Below the pieces are notes generated by a model. That model ran no database searches, was not told the origin of the DNA, and saw only the letters and a program-made list of their open reading frames with translations. The position numbers and the translations under genes were made by a program. This document shows positions 8,836-19,316 of a DNA stretch of 64,000 bases, piece after piece. Within the stretch, counting starts at the first letter, position 1; each line of letters begins with the position of its first letter. The stretch is from an uncultured Clostridia bacterium (GTDB taxonomy: Bacteria; Bacillota; Clostridia; TANB77; CAG-508). The stretch is taken from NCBI GenBank assembly GCA_934122115.1, contig CAKOVU010000001.1, positions 23,755-87,754 on the forward strand, given 5' to 3'.

Positions 8836-9327
8836 TTGGAAAAGTATACAGAAATAGAATTTTTAGAAATAGAAGAAAATGAAGAATACAAGGAATTAAT
8901 ATCAAATGTAGTAAGAGAATGCTTTAAAACAGAGCATCTAGAAAATGCGAATATGTATTTAAATGTTATTCTTACTAATCCTGAGAATATAAGAAAAGCC
9001 AACAAAGAATATAGAAACATAGACAAAGAAACAGATGTGCTTTCTTTTCCAATGTTTGAAAAGGATGAAATAGAAGCTATTATTTCAAAAAGCAAAGAAG
9101 AAAAGATCCAAATAAATGAAGTATTAGGAGATATTATTGTTTCTATTCCAAAAGTAAAAGAGCAAGCAATTGAATATGGTCATAGTACAACAAGAGAATT
9201 AGCATATATGATAGTGCATGGATTTTACCATGTAATGGGATATGATCATATGAATGAAGAAGAAAAACAAGTGATGAGAGAAAAGGAAGAGAATGTGCTT
9301 AATAAATTAGACATAAAAAGGACGTAG
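8836..9327 (+). CDS. ybeY: endoribonuclease YbeY (rRNA maturation factor)
   Basis: HGFYHVMGYDH metal-binding motif. Likely TTG start at 8836 with RBS AAAGGAAG. Confidence 0.85.
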   Translation: MEKYTEIEFLEIEENEEYKELISNVVRECFKTEHLENANMYLNVILTNPENIRKANKEYRNIDKETDVLSFPMFEKDEIEAIISKSKEEKIQINEVLGDIIVSIPKVKEQAIEYGHSTTRELAYMIVHGFYHVMGYDHMNEEEKQVMREKEENVLNKLDIKRT

Positions 9328-9331
9328 ACAG

Positions 9332-10084
9332 ATGAATAAAAAAGATGAACACAAAATGTATAATGATAATTTTATAGAAGCATGTAATAATGCAATAAAT
9401 GGAATAATATATTCTGCAACAACACAAACAAATATAAGAAAACAATTGGTAATAGCCGTTGTGGTAATGGTATTAAGTTTGTTTTATGGTTTAGATACTC
9501 CAGAATTTTTGTGCTTAACTTTTGCAGTATTTTTTGTAATATTTGCAGAAATGATAAACACAGCAATAGAAACAGTTGTTGATTTATTTGTGGATGTATA
9601 TCATCCAAAGGCTAAGATTGCAAAAGATGTAGCAGCAGGGGCAGTAGTTTTATCTGCAATAAATGCACTTATAGTATCTTACTTTATATTCTTTAAGGAA
9701 GCAAATTTAAAATTTGTTAGCGATACTATATTTAGTAATATGGTAAAATCGCCATATCACTTAGCTTTTGTAGCATTTATATTAGTGGTGATTGCAGTAA
9801 TAGCAATTAAAGCAGCTTGTTCAAAAACAAAGCGAAAAGGTCAACTTGTAACAGAAGGATTTGTTCCTAGTGGGCAATCGGCAATAGCTTTTGCAGCACT
9901 TACAGCAATATGGATAAATAGCCAAGATGTAATTACTTTTACATTAGCTTTGGTACTATCTTTATTAGTTGCAGGAAATAGAATTCAAAATGATTCACGT
10001 ACAAGAGCTGAAGTCGTATTTGGATCATTTATGGGAGTTTTAATAGTTTTACTAGTATATGGACTTACAATATTTAAATTTTAA
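9332..10084 (+). CDS. dgkA: diacylglycerol/undecaprenol kinase DgkA domain fused to a C-terminal PAP2-like membrane domain
   Basis: N-terminal half carries EMINTAIETVVD...AKDVAAGAVVL (prokaryotic DAGK signature). C-terminal half carries PSGQS and SRTRAE, degenerate PAP2 motifs. Confidence 0.7.
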   Translation: MNKKDEHKMYNDNFIEACNNAINGIIYSATTQTNIRKQLVIAVVVMVLSLFYGLDTPEFLCLTFAVFFVIFAEMINTAIETVVDLFVDVYHPKAKIAKDVAAGAVVLSAINALIVSYFIFFKEANLKFVSDTIFSNMVKSPYHLAFVAFILVVIAVIAIKAACSKTKRKGQLVTEGFVPSGQSAIAFAALTAIWINSQDVITFTLALVLSLLVAGNRIQNDSRTRAEVVFGSFMGVLIVLLVYGLTIFKF

Positions 10085-10095
10085 AAGGGGAAAAT

Positions 10096-11130
10096 ATGAA
10101 GAAAAAAATAAGTATAATATTAATTGTAATATTATTAATCATAATACTTACATGTGTAGGAATATTAGCATACAGAAGTTATATAGATAAAAAGCCGATA
10201 GAGGTAGCAGAGCCTAATAATGAAGTTAATGAACCAGTAGAGGAAGAGAAGAAAGTACAAATTTATAGTGGCAGTGATAGGCCGATAGCAGTTATGATAG
10301 ATAACCATAAAAGTGCTTTACCTCAGGGCGGTTTGAATGATGCTTATATGGTCTACGAAATAATTGTAGAAGGTGGAGAGAGCAGATTAATGGCTTTATT
10401 TAAAAATGTGGATGTGCAGAAAATAGGACCAGTAAGAAGTTCAAGACATTATTTCTTAGATTATGCTTTAGAAAATGATGCAATATATGTACATTATGGA
10501 TGGAGCCCGCAAGCAGAATCTGATATATCTTCACTAGGAGTAAATAATATAAATGGAATAACAGAGGCAAGCTCAGCTTTTCCAAGACAAAAGGATAAAA
10601 GTGCACCACACAATGTAGCAACTACAATTGAATCAATAAAATCAATTGCTGAAAGAAAAAAATATAGAACAACTTCAGCGGCTACAAGTGTATTACATTA
10701 TGTTACTGATGAAGTTGAATTGGCAGATGGTCAGGCAGCAAATAAAGTAACAATTCCATATTCAGAATCAAATGAAGTTGAATATATTTATAATGCAGAA
10801 ACGGCTAGATACCAAAGATATTCAAGAGGAGTTGAAGAAAAAGACTGGGCAACAAAAGAGCTTACAACAACGAAAAATATAATTATAACATTTGCGAGAA
10901 ACACAACATTGAATGATGGAGAAAATAAGGGAAGACAGACTTTATACAATGTAGGAACATTAAAAGGATATTATATAACGAATGGCAAAGCTATAGAAAT
11001 AACATGTGAAAAATCATCTAGAAGTGTAAAAACTGTGTATAAAGACTTGAACGGAAAAGAAATTGATGTAAATGATGGAAACACTTTTGTTCAAATCTGC
11101 CCAATAAACGCAAATGTAACAATGGAATAA
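10096..11130 (+). CDS. DUF3048-like lipoprotein/membrane-anchored protein (YerB-like)
   Basis: N-terminal TM or signal peptide MKKKISIILIVILLIIILTCVGILA, then a long soluble domain. Confidence 0.5.
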   Translation: MKKKISIILIVILLIIILTCVGILAYRSYIDKKPIEVAEPNNEVNEPVEEEKKVQIYSGSDRPIAVMIDNHKSALPQGGLNDAYMVYEIIVEGGESRLMALFKNVDVQKIGPVRSSRHYFLDYALENDAIYVHYGWSPQAESDISSLGVNNINGITEASSAFPRQKDKSAPHNVATTIESIKSIAERKKYRTTSAATSVLHYVTDEVELADGQAANKVTIPYSESNEVEYIYNAETARYQRYSRGVEEKDWATKELTTTKNIIITFARNTTLNDGENKGRQTLYNVGTLKGYYITNGKAIEITCEKSSRSVKTVYKDLNGKEIDVNDGNTFVQICPINANVTME

Positions 11131-11179
11131 TACATAAAGTAAAACTACCTAACTATAAAAGCAAAGGTAGTTTTTGTTA

Positions 11180-11905
11180 TTATAAATGCATAATTTGATA
11201 ATTTTTATCAAGTTTATCGTTTATGTACAGTGTAGAAACTAATTTTAATTGTTTTAAGGATTCTTCTGATACAGTAAATGAAAAAACTTTTTTGGCAGGA
11301 GCGGAAAAGATAAATTTAAGAGCATTAAATGTATCATTATTTATTTGGATTGCAGATTTATCGACTCTACCACAAGAAGAACATTCAAAGCCACTATTGT
11401 AGATACTAAAGTAAGATATATTTTCATTACTACCACATCTAGTACATTTTCCTAATTGAGGAGCAAAACCGAGGTATAACATTAATCTAAGCTCAAAAAC
11501 AGATAAGATAAAGTCTAGATTTTTATCTGTTTCAGAAATCATATATAGAGTATTAAGCAGAAGCTGAAGAATATTATAAGTGTATTGATTTTCATCAGTA
11601 ACATCATAGACAATTCTAGAAATAAGAGAAGCGTAATTTAATTTATTTAAATCATTTCTGATATTATAAAAAACTTCAATAGTATCACAAGAATTGATAC
11701 TATATGAAGTTGGACTGTTATATATTAAAAAATTGCTAAAACTTAAAAACTGTGTTCCAGCCATAAGAGCACTTTTAGGACGTCTTGAACCTCTGGCGGC
11801 ACAACCAATTTTTCCAATATCTGGTGTTAAAAGTGTTACCATTTTATCATAATCATTCATATTACTTTCTAAAATTACTATTCCCTTTGTTTTTATTATC
11901 CCCAT
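11180..11905 (-). CDS. recO: DNA repair protein RecO
   Basis: MGIIKTKGIVILES N-terminus and C-terminal zinc-finger CTRCGS...CSSCG. Confidence 0.85.
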   Translation of the reverse strand: MGIIKTKGIVILESNMNDYDKMVTLLTPDIGKIGCAARGSRRPKSALMAGTQFLSFSNFLIYNSPTSYSINSCDTIEVFYNIRNDLNKLNYASLISRIVYDVTDENQYTYNILQLLLNTLYMISETDKNLDFILSVFELRLMLYLGFAPQLGKCTRCGSNENISYFSIYNSGFECSSCGRVDKSAIQINNDTFNALKFIFSAPAKKVFSFTVSEESLKQLKLVSTLYINDKLDKNYQIMHL

Positions 11906-12026
11906 ATTTCAAATTTACCGAATCACTTTCTATATTTTTTTCTATGTTTTGGACTTCAACTAATTCCATAAATGTATCTATATTTCCAGTATTTTTAAAG
12001 GTATTCCATGCTAATTGTTTTAACAT
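11862..12026 (-). CDS. yqzL: YqzL-family small protein
   Basis: MLKQLAWNTFKNTGNIDTFMELVE matches YqzL (era-yqzL-recO synteny). Strong RBS AAAGGAGATG. It overlaps the recO start by 44 nt in another frame. Confidence 0.55.
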   Translation of the reverse strand: MLKQLAWNTFKNTGNIDTFMELVEVQNIEKNIESDSVNLKYGDNKNKGNSNFRK

Positions 12027-12086
12027 AAAGTAATCATCTCCTTTATTATTTTATCTTTTGCGAATAAGAATTTTTTATACTTCCAA

Positions 12087-13002
12087 TTATTGCAATTTAA
12101 ATTTTTTAACTAAAGAATCATCGTTGATCCAATCTTCTCTAACCTTAACCCATAATTGTAGATTTATTTTTGTATCAAGCATTTTTTCTAAATCTTCTCT
12201 AGCATAAGTTCCAATGCGTTTTAGCATTTGCCCGTTTTTACCTATAATAATACCCTTATGAGAGTTACGTAAGCAATAAATTGTTGCTTCCACATCATAT
12301 ATAGGCTCTTTAGTTTGAGTTTTACGCAATTTCATTTTCTGAGTTTCTACATAAATGCCATGAGGAACTTCATCATCTAATAAGCGCAAAGCCTTTTCAC
12401 GTATAGTTTCTTCAACTAATTGCCTAAGAGTTTGATCTGTATACTCATCTATATCATAATATGCAATTCCGAGGTTGTAAGTTATCTTCTATTTCATCTA
12501 ATAACACATCTAAATTTTTATTTTTATTAACAGATAAAGGAACTATTGCGGTGAAATTATATTCTTTAGAGTAAAGAGAAATTAATTGAGCAACATGTTC
12601 TTTTTTTACTAAATCAATTTTATTAATTACGAGAATGGTTTTCTTTTTAGATTCTGTTATTTTATCCAATATTAAGCGATCACCTTTTCCGATGCTATCA
12701 GAAGTGGCATCAACAACGAATATTACAATATCAACATCTTGAGAACAACCAAATGCTGTTTCCACCATGGTATTTCCCAATTTTGATTTTGGTTTGTGAA
12801 TACCAGGAGTATCTAAAAATATTATTTGAGAATTTGGCCTGTTTACAATAGCTCTTATAGCATTTCTAGTGGTTTGAGGTTTATTAGCAATTGCAGCAAC
12901 TTTTTCGCCAACTAATGCATTGATAATACTAGATTTTCCTACATTAGTACGACCAAGCATTGCTATAAAGCCAGATTTAAAAGTGTTGTTTTGTTGTTCC
13001 AT
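12087..13002 (-). CDS. era: GTPase Era (read as two ORFs because of an apparent 1-nt insertion near 12469-12474)
   Basis: ORF 12454-13002 carries the GTPase domain GRTNVGKSS, DTPG, NKID. ORF 12087-12389 carries the KH domain IGKNGQMLKRIG. Removing one base at CCTCGG gives the continuous read ...EDNLQPGIAYYDIDEYTDQTLRQLVEETIREKALRLLDDEVPHG... Confidence 0.85.
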
Positions 13003-13132
13003 ATAATCTCCAATCAGCCATATATTACTGTGAATCTATTATAATATTTTATAATAGATTTTTTTGTAAAAAATAGTAGCTTATTTTAATTTTTGTATGT
13101 CTATTTTCGACAAACATAATTATATAATAATT

Positions 13133-13161
13133 TTGACTAGTTTGCAAATTTATGCTATACT
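13133..13161 (+). promoter_or_regulatory. sigma-A-like promoter TTGACT-17-TATACT upstream of pth
   Basis: TTGACT 13133-13138, TATACT 13156-13161. Confidence 0.45.
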
Positions 13162-13186
13162 TACCAAGAATTTAAAGGAAAGAAGA

Positions 13187-13750
13187 ATGTATATGTATCT
13201 AATAGTTGGGTTAGGAAATCCAGAAAATGAATATTCAAAAACCAGACACAATATGGGATTTGATGTTATAAATAAAGTATCAGAAAAATATAATATAAAA
13301 GTCGAAAAAAAGAAATTTGAGGCATTATATGGAAAAGGAAAGATTGAAGGCGAAGATGTAATTCTAGTAAAGCCTCAAACATATATGAATTTAAGTGGAA
13401 ATGCAATCGGAAAATTTGTAAGCTTTTTTAAGATTGAGCCAGAACAGATACTAGTAATATATGATGATTTAGATATTAAAGAAGGAATTATTAAAATAAG
13501 AAAAAAAGGTGGTCCTGGTACACACAATGGAATGAAATCTGTTGTAAGTGAACTAGCAACAGAGAATTTCCCAAGAATAAGAGTGGGAATTGGCGAAAGC
13601 GAAAAATCAAGTAATATGATAGATTTTGTAATAAAAAAAGTGGATGATGAAACATATTCAAGATTGGAAAAAGGAATAGATAAGGCAGCCGAAGCAGTTA
13701 TAGAAATATTAAAATTTGGAATAGATACGGCAATGAACAAATTAAATTAA
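13187..13750 (+). CDS. pth: peptidyl-tRNA hydrolase
   Basis: LIVGLGNPENEYSKTRHNMGF...ILVIYDDLDI...GGHNG-like Pth motifs. The start could be either ATG, 13187 or 13193. Confidence 0.85.
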   Translation: MYMYLIVGLGNPENEYSKTRHNMGFDVINKVSEKYNIKVEKKKFEALYGKGKIEGEDVILVKPQTYMNLSGNAIGKFVSFFKIEPEQILVIYDDLDIKEGIIKIRKKGGPGTHNGMKSVVSELATENFPRIRVGIGESEKSSNMIDFVIKKVDDETYSRLEKGIDKAAEAVIEILKFGIDTAMNKLN

Positions 13751-13775
13751 GAAGACAAAAGGAGATGTACAGAAA

Positions 13776-14972
13776 TTGAAAAAAATCTTGATAAATAAAG
13801 AGTCTGAAGAAATAGCAACAATAGGACTGTTTGAAAATGGACAAATGGTTGAATTGTATGAACAAGATGACCAAGATTTAGAAAATAACATATATTGCGG
13901 TATAATAAGAAATATATTGCCTGGATTGCAATCGGCTTTTGTAGATATTGGTGAAAGGAAAAATGCATTTATACATATAAAAGATATTATACCAAAGCAG
14001 AGTGATGTAACGGGAAATAAAGAAGCAAAGTTTAACCAATATAATATACGAGAACATCTAAAAATAAATATGCCAATTTTGGTACAGGTGAAAAAGGATG
14101 CAGAATTGGAAAAAGGAGCGAGAGTATCTAAACATATAAGTTTAACCGGAAGGTTTGTAGTACTTCTTGTAAATACCGATTTTGTAACTGTTTCACAAAA
14201 GATAGAGGACAAGGGAGAAAAAGCAAGATTAAAAAATCTTGCACATGAAATTTTAGAAGAAGTAAGTGGAGACAATCAAAAATTTGGCGTAATAGTTAGA
14301 ACATCAGCCATAAAGGCAACTCCAGAAGAGATAGAAGAAGATGTAAAAAAGTTGCTAAATAAGTGGTATGAAATAGTAAAAAAATATGAGGTAGTAAAAG
14401 ATGATAAAAAACCACAAAAACTATGTGAAGGTGGTACAAACTTATTAAGGTTGATTACTGGAATTGCTAATATAGATGATACGGAAATCATAACTAATGA
14501 TAAAGAAATATATGATAGAATAAAAGTAATAGAAAAGGATTTTATTCATACTAATGTAGTTGTAAAGTTAAAAGATGATTTTATGCAAGTATATGATTTT
14601 GAGAAGCAACTAGAAGAGACTAGGAAAAGAAAAATTTGGCTAAAATGCGGAGGATTTATTACTATAGACAAAACAGAGGCACTAACTGCTATAGACGTAA
14701 ACTCTGGAAAATTTATTGGCAAAAGAGGAAATTGCAAGGAAGAAACAATAATAAAAGTAAATAAGGAAGCAACTATTGAAATAGCTAAACAACTTAGGCT
14801 GCGCAACATTAGTGGAATTATAATAGTAGATTATATAGATATGGAAAGCAAAGAAGATAGAGAAGAAATATATAATTTATTTAAGGAGCAGATAAAAAAA
14901 GATAGGAGCAAAGTGCAGCTTTTAGGGTTTACCACACTAGATTTATTAGAAATAACAAGAAAAAAATTATAG
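13776..14972 (+). CDS. rng: ribonuclease E/G family protein (Rng-like), short form
   Basis: S1 domain plus catalytic RNase E/G core (DVNSGKF, LRLRNISGIIIVDYIDM). TTG start. Ends at 398 aa, lacking the usual C-terminal Zn-link/small domain. Confidence 0.7.
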   Translation: MKKILINKESEEIATIGLFENGQMVELYEQDDQDLENNIYCGIIRNILPGLQSAFVDIGERKNAFIHIKDIIPKQSDVTGNKEAKFNQYNIREHLKINMPILVQVKKDAELEKGARVSKHISLTGRFVVLLVNTDFVTVSQKIEDKGEKARLKNLAHEILEEVSGDNQKFGVIVRTSAIKATPEEIEEDVKKLLNKWYEIVKKYEVVKDDKKPQKLCEGGTNLLRLITGIANIDDTEIITNDKEIYDRIKVIEKDFIHTNVVVKLKDDFMQVYDFEKQLEETRKRKIWLKCGGFITIDKTEALTAIDVNSGKFIGKRGNCKEETIIKVNKEATIEIAKQLRLRNISGIIIVDYIDMESKEDREEIYNLFKEQIKKDRSKVQLLGFTTLDLLEITRKKL

Positions 14973-14975
14973 GTT

Positions 14976-16706
14976 TTATTTGCCTATAATTTTTTTCATT
15001 TCTTCGTTTCTTTTTATTTTTTGAGTAGTTGTTTTTATTAATGGTTCAGTAGTAATTATAATATCTCTTATGTATTTGTAGGCTGGCATGGTATGATTAA
15101 TTTCTTTAATTTGCTCTTTTATTAATTTTTTATAATCGGATTCTTTACTATCAGGGTAAAGTTCTTTCATAGTATCAGGATTATAAACAATTTTTGCACA
15201 TAATTTTACATCATTATCTCTATCTGGTAAACCATAGACCATACTTTCTTGAACGAAAGGAAGTTTATTGATTAGTATTTCTACTTCTTCAGGGAATACT
15301 TTTTTACCATTTTTTAATACTATAACAAATTTTTTTCTTCCAGTGACAAATAAAAATCCATCTTTATCAAATTTTCCTAAATCGCCAGTATGAAACCATT
15401 CATCTTTAAGAACTGAATCGGTTGCTTCAGAATTTTCATAGTAACCAAGCATTACGGTAGGTGCTTTTATAATAATTTCTCCAACACCATCTTCATCTGG
15501 ATTATCAATTTTTATATTAATGTTTGGAAGAGGGAAGCCTACAGAACCAGCTCTTTTATATTTATCGTTTTCGCCAGCTGCTACAGGAGATGTTTCTGTT
15601 AGCCCATACCCTTGAAGTAAGTTGATTCCAAAATCAACGAAAGCTGATATGGCTTCTTTATCCATTGGAGCTCCACCAGCAATAAGAATATTTAATTTTC
15701 CTCCCAGTTGGTCTAATATAGGCTTGAAAATCTTTTTTCTTATATCTATATTGAATTTCAATAGAAAATTAGAAAATTTTCTAGCAAATTTGATTAATTT
15801 TGTTTTTCTCTGCTTTTCAATCTCTTTGTTTAATTTCTTGTAAATTGTTTCTAAAACAAGAGGAACGCATACGAAACCTGTAATCTCATATTCTTTTAAG
15901 TTTTTTACTATATATTTTAATCCGTCTGTGAAAACAACAGTAATTCCAGCGGAAGTACCATATAAAAATGTACAAGTTGATTCAAAAGTGTGATGCAATG
16001 GTAAAAAAGAAAGGAATTTATCATTGCTTGTTACTTTTGCCATACAACTTAAAGAATATATGTCTGAGCAAATATTCTTTTGGCTTAGCATTACAGCTTT
16101 TGAAATGGAAGTTGTTCCAGAGGTAAATATCATAATAGACATAGCTGTATTATCAATTGTGATATTGCCATATTTTTTATCCCCATTGGCTAATAGTTTA
16201 GCTCCGTTATTTATAAGCTTTGGGTATGATAAAATATTATCTTTATCCTCAGAATAATCCATACAAATGTATGTTGTTAAGTTAGAAGTGTTATTGTTTT
16301 TTATGTTGTTAAAAACATCTAGATACTTTTTATCAAAAATAACTCCATCTACCTTACTACGTATTATTAAACTTTCAATTTCATTATCTGGTAATGATTT
16401 ATCTAATGGAACTACAACAATATTAGAGGTTGTAACAGCTAAATAACTAACACACCATTCATATCTGTTGGGAGCAATTAATGCAATTCTCTTTTTCTCT
16501 AAGCCTAGATTTAATAAAGCGGTGCCCAGAGCTTTTATATCGTTAATGTAATCTGCGTATGTAACCTTAATTATTTCTGAATCAGGTTTTAATCTATATT
16601 CAAAGGCATTCTTGTCTTTAAACATAGTATATCTAACATTAATCAATTCTCTAAAATCATTGATTTGATAACCATCATATAGTTTTCTTTTGGAATCTTC
16701 AACCAT
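14976..16706 (-). CDS. long-chain fatty-acid--CoA ligase (AMP-forming)
   Basis: AMP-binding motifs IMIFTSGTTSISKAV, GYGLTETS, WFHTGDLG. It converges on rng with stops only 3 nt apart. Confidence 0.8.
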   Translation of the reverse strand: MVEDSKRKLYDGYQINDFRELINVRYTMFKDKNAFEYRLKPDSEIIKVTYADYINDIKALGTALLNLGLEKKRIALIAPNRYEWCVSYLAVTTSNIVVVPLDKSLPDNEIESLIIRSKVDGVIFDKKYLDVFNNIKNNNTSNLTTYICMDYSEDKDNILSYPKLINNGAKLLANGDKKYGNITIDNTAMSIMIFTSGTTSISKAVMLSQKNICSDIYSLSCMAKVTSNDKFLSFLPLHHTFESTCTFLYGTSAGITVVFTDGLKYIVKNLKEYEITGFVCVPLVLETIYKKLNKEIEKQRKTKLIKFARKFSNFLLKFNIDIRKKIFKPILDQLGGKLNILIAGGAPMDKEAISAFVDFGINLLQGYGLTETSPVAAGENDKYKRAGSVGFPLPNINIKIDNPDEDGVGEIIIKAPTVMLGYYENSEATDSVLKDEWFHTGDLGKFDKDGFLFVTGRKKFVIVLKNGKKVFPEEVEILINKLPFVQESMVYGLPDRDNDVKLCAKIVYNPDTMKELYPDSKESDYKKLIKEQIKEINHTMPAYKYIRDIIITTEPLIKTTTQKIKRNEEMKKIIGK

Positions 16707-16730
16707 TATAACCTCCATAAAAATAATAAA

Positions 16731-19118
16731 TTATTTTACAACAACATTATAAATTCTGTTTTTTACATAAATTTCTTTTACAATAGATTTTCCGTCTAAT
16801 TTAGATTCAATTGCTTTATGAACTGCTTCTTTAATATTTTCTTCTGTCTCATCAGTAGCAATTTGAATAGTTGCTTTTAATTTTCCGTTTATTTGTATAG
16901 GTAAATTTATTGTATCATTTTTGGTTTTTTCTTCATCATAGGTTGGCCATTTAGAATAAGAAATTGTATCAGAATGACCTAGTTTGTTCCACAATTCTTC
17001 TGTGATGTGTGGTGCTACTGGATTTAATAATTGTAAAAATCCTTCAGCATATTTTTTAGGAACAACATTTTCTTTGTAAGCACTGTTTATAAAAATCATC
17101 ATTTGAGCGATTGCAGTGTTGAAATTCATATTTTCATAATCATTTGTAACTTTTTTTACAGTAAAATGATAAACTTTTTCTAGATTTTTATTTTCATCAT
17201 CTTTTATTTTTCCAGATTCTACAAATAATCTCCAAACTCTGTCTAAAAAGTTTTTAGAACCTGCAATACCATTAGGGTCCCAAGGCTTAGCGGCATCTAA
17301 AGGTCCCATAAACATTTCATAGATTCTTAAAGAGTCTGCACCATATTCTCTAACCATATCATCAGGATTAATTACATTTCCTTTTGATTTACTCATTTTT
17401 TCACCATTAGAGCCAAGAATCATACCTTGATGACGTAATTTTGCAAATGGCTCTTTTACAGGAACAACACCTTTATTGTATAAGAAATTATTCCAGAATC
17501 TAGAATATAGTAAATGTCCTACAGCATGTTCTGGACCACCAAGATATAAATCTACAGGAAGCCAGTGCTCTAGTAATTTTTTATCTGCTAATTCTTTATC
17601 ATTGTATGGATCTATGTATCTTAAGAAGTACCAGCTAGAACCAGCGGAACCTGGCATAGTGCTAGTTTCACGTTTAGCAGGTTTTCCTTCAAAAGTAGTA
17701 TTAACCCAATCAGTAGCTTTATCTAATGGAGAAGCACCAGTTTTAGAAGGACCGTAATCCTCAAGCTCTGGCAATTTTAAAGGTAAATCGCTATCTGCTA
17801 AAGCTCTCATTTCATCATCTAAATATACGATAGGAATTGGTTCTCCCCAATAACGTTGACGTGCAAAAATCCATTCACGTAGTTTGTAATTTATTTTCTT
17901 TTTGCCAATATTTTTACTTTCTAACCAATCAATTATCTTATCTATTGCATCTGTCTTGTTTAATCCGTCAAGAAAATCTGAATTTATGTGAAGACCGTCA
18001 CCGGCATAAGCAGAATTGCTAATATCACCACCATCAATTACTGGAATTATATCAATTCCAAATTTTGTAGCAAACTCGTAATCTCTTTGGTCATGAGCAG
18101 GAACAGCCATAATAGCGCCAGTTCCATAAGTAGCCAAAACATAATCAGAAATCCAAATTGGTATTTTTTTGCCATTTACAGGATTTATAGCATAGCTTCC
18201 TGTAAATATACCACTTTTTTCTTTTATTAAATCAGTTCTCTCTAAGTCTGATTTTGAAGCAGCAAGGGTAATGTAATTATTTACTTCTTCCATATGTTCT
18301 GGAGTGGTAATTTTAGATACTAATTCGTGCTCTGGTGCTAGTACACAGTAGGTAGCACCGAATAAAGTATCTGGTCTTGTTGTAAATACAGTGAAAGTAT
18401 AGTCTGAATCAGAAACTTTAAATATTACTTCAGCACCAACAGATTTTCCAATCCAATTTCTTTGAATTTCCTTTGTTGATTCTGGCCAATCTATATCATC
18501 TAATCCATCTAATAATATTTCAGCGTACTTCGGAATATCCATAACCCATTGTTTCATATTTTTTCTAACAACTGGGAAGCCGCCTCTTTCACTTTTTCCA
18601 TTAATAACTTCATCATTAGAAAGAACGCAACCTAATCCTTCACACCAATTAACAGGCATCTCTATTAATTTTGCCAATCCTTCTTTATATAATTGCTTAA
18701 ATATCCATTGAGTCCATTTATAAAAATTAGGATCACAAGTAGAAATTTCTTTATCCCAATCAAAAGAAAAGCCAAGCATTTTTAATTGTCTTTTAAATGT
18801 AGCAATATTCTCCATTGTGAAAGTTGCAGGATGATTACCTGTTTTTATTGCATATTGCTCAGCAGGAAGACCAAATGCATCCCATCCCATAGGGTGTAAA
18901 ACATTAAAACCTTGCATTCTCTTCATTCTAGACATTATATCTGTAGCTGTATAGCCTTCTGGGTGACCTACATGCAAACCTTGTCCTGATGGATATGGAA
19001 ACATATCTAAAGCATAATATTTAGGCTTAGAAAAATCCCATACGTCAGTATAGAATGTTTTATTTTCGTCCCAATATTTCTGCCATTTTTTTTCTATTTC
19101 TTTAAAATTATATGACAT
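16731..19118 (-). CDS. leuS: leucine--tRNA ligase
   Basis: [16 protein letters not shown]...[13 protein letters not shown] (HIGH), KMSKS present, ~796 aa. Confidence 0.9.
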   Translation of the reverse strand: MSYNFKEIEKKWQKYWDENKTFYTDVWDFSKPKYYALDMFPYPSGQGLHVGHPEGYTATDIMSRMKRMQGFNVLHPMGWDAFGLPAEQYAIKTGNHPATFTMENIATFKRQLKMLGFSFDWDKEISTCDPNFYKWTQWIFKQLYKEGLAKLIEMPVNWCEGLGCVLSNDEVINGKSERGGFPVVRKNMKQWVMDIPKYAEILLDGLDDIDWPESTKEIQRNWIGKSVGAEVIFKVSDSDYTFTVFTTRPDTLFGATYCVLAPEHELVSKITTPEHMEEVNNYITLAASKSDLERTDLIKEKSGIFTGSYAINPVNGKKIPIWISDYVLATYGTGAIMAVPAHDQRDYEFATKFGIDIIPVIDGGDISNSAYAGDGLHINSDFLDGLNKTDAIDKIIDWLESKNIGKKKINYKLREWIFARQRYWGEPIPIVYLDDEMRALADSDLPLKLPELEDYGPSKTGASPLDKATDWVNTTFEGKPAKRETSTMPGSAGSSWYFLRYIDPYNDKELADKKLLEHWLPVDLYLGGPEHAVGHLLYSRFWNNFLYNKGVVPVKEPFAKLRHQGMILGSNGEKMSKSKGNVINPDDMVREYGADSLRIYEMFMGPLDAAKPWDPNGIAGSKNFLDRVWRLFVESGKIKDDENKNLEKVYHFTVKKVTNDYENMNFNTAIAQMMIFINSAYKENVVPKKYAEGFLQLLNPVAPHITEELWNKLGHSDTISYSKWPTYDEEKTKNDTINLPIQINGKLKATIQIATDETEENIKEAVHKAIESKLDGKSIVKEIYVKNRIYNVVVK

Positions 19119-19316
19119 AAAAAATCTTCCTCTCTGCAAAAAAAATATTTTACAAAGATTATATATTTTATGTGCCTAAAAGTCAAGGAAAAATGAGACT
19201 TATGGGCAGAAATCTAAGGATAAAAAACTTATATGGTAAATTTTAATAGCTTTATAAATAAAACTATGATATACTATGGTTAAAATAAATTGTTATTGTA
19301 AAATGGTGAAGAGAAA

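Noticed and set aside
13375-14809. Minus-strand ORFs inside pth and rng (13375-13740, 13742-14275, 14546-14809)
   Set aside because: These are antisense artefacts of AT-rich coding sequence. The plus-strand genes have strong homology and RBSs.
19119-19316. Possible T-box riboswitch upstream of leuS
   Set aside because: I searched the minus-strand leader for the T-box consensus (GGGTGG...ACCGCG) and specifier-loop architecture. None is present; the region is unstructured AT-rich DNA.
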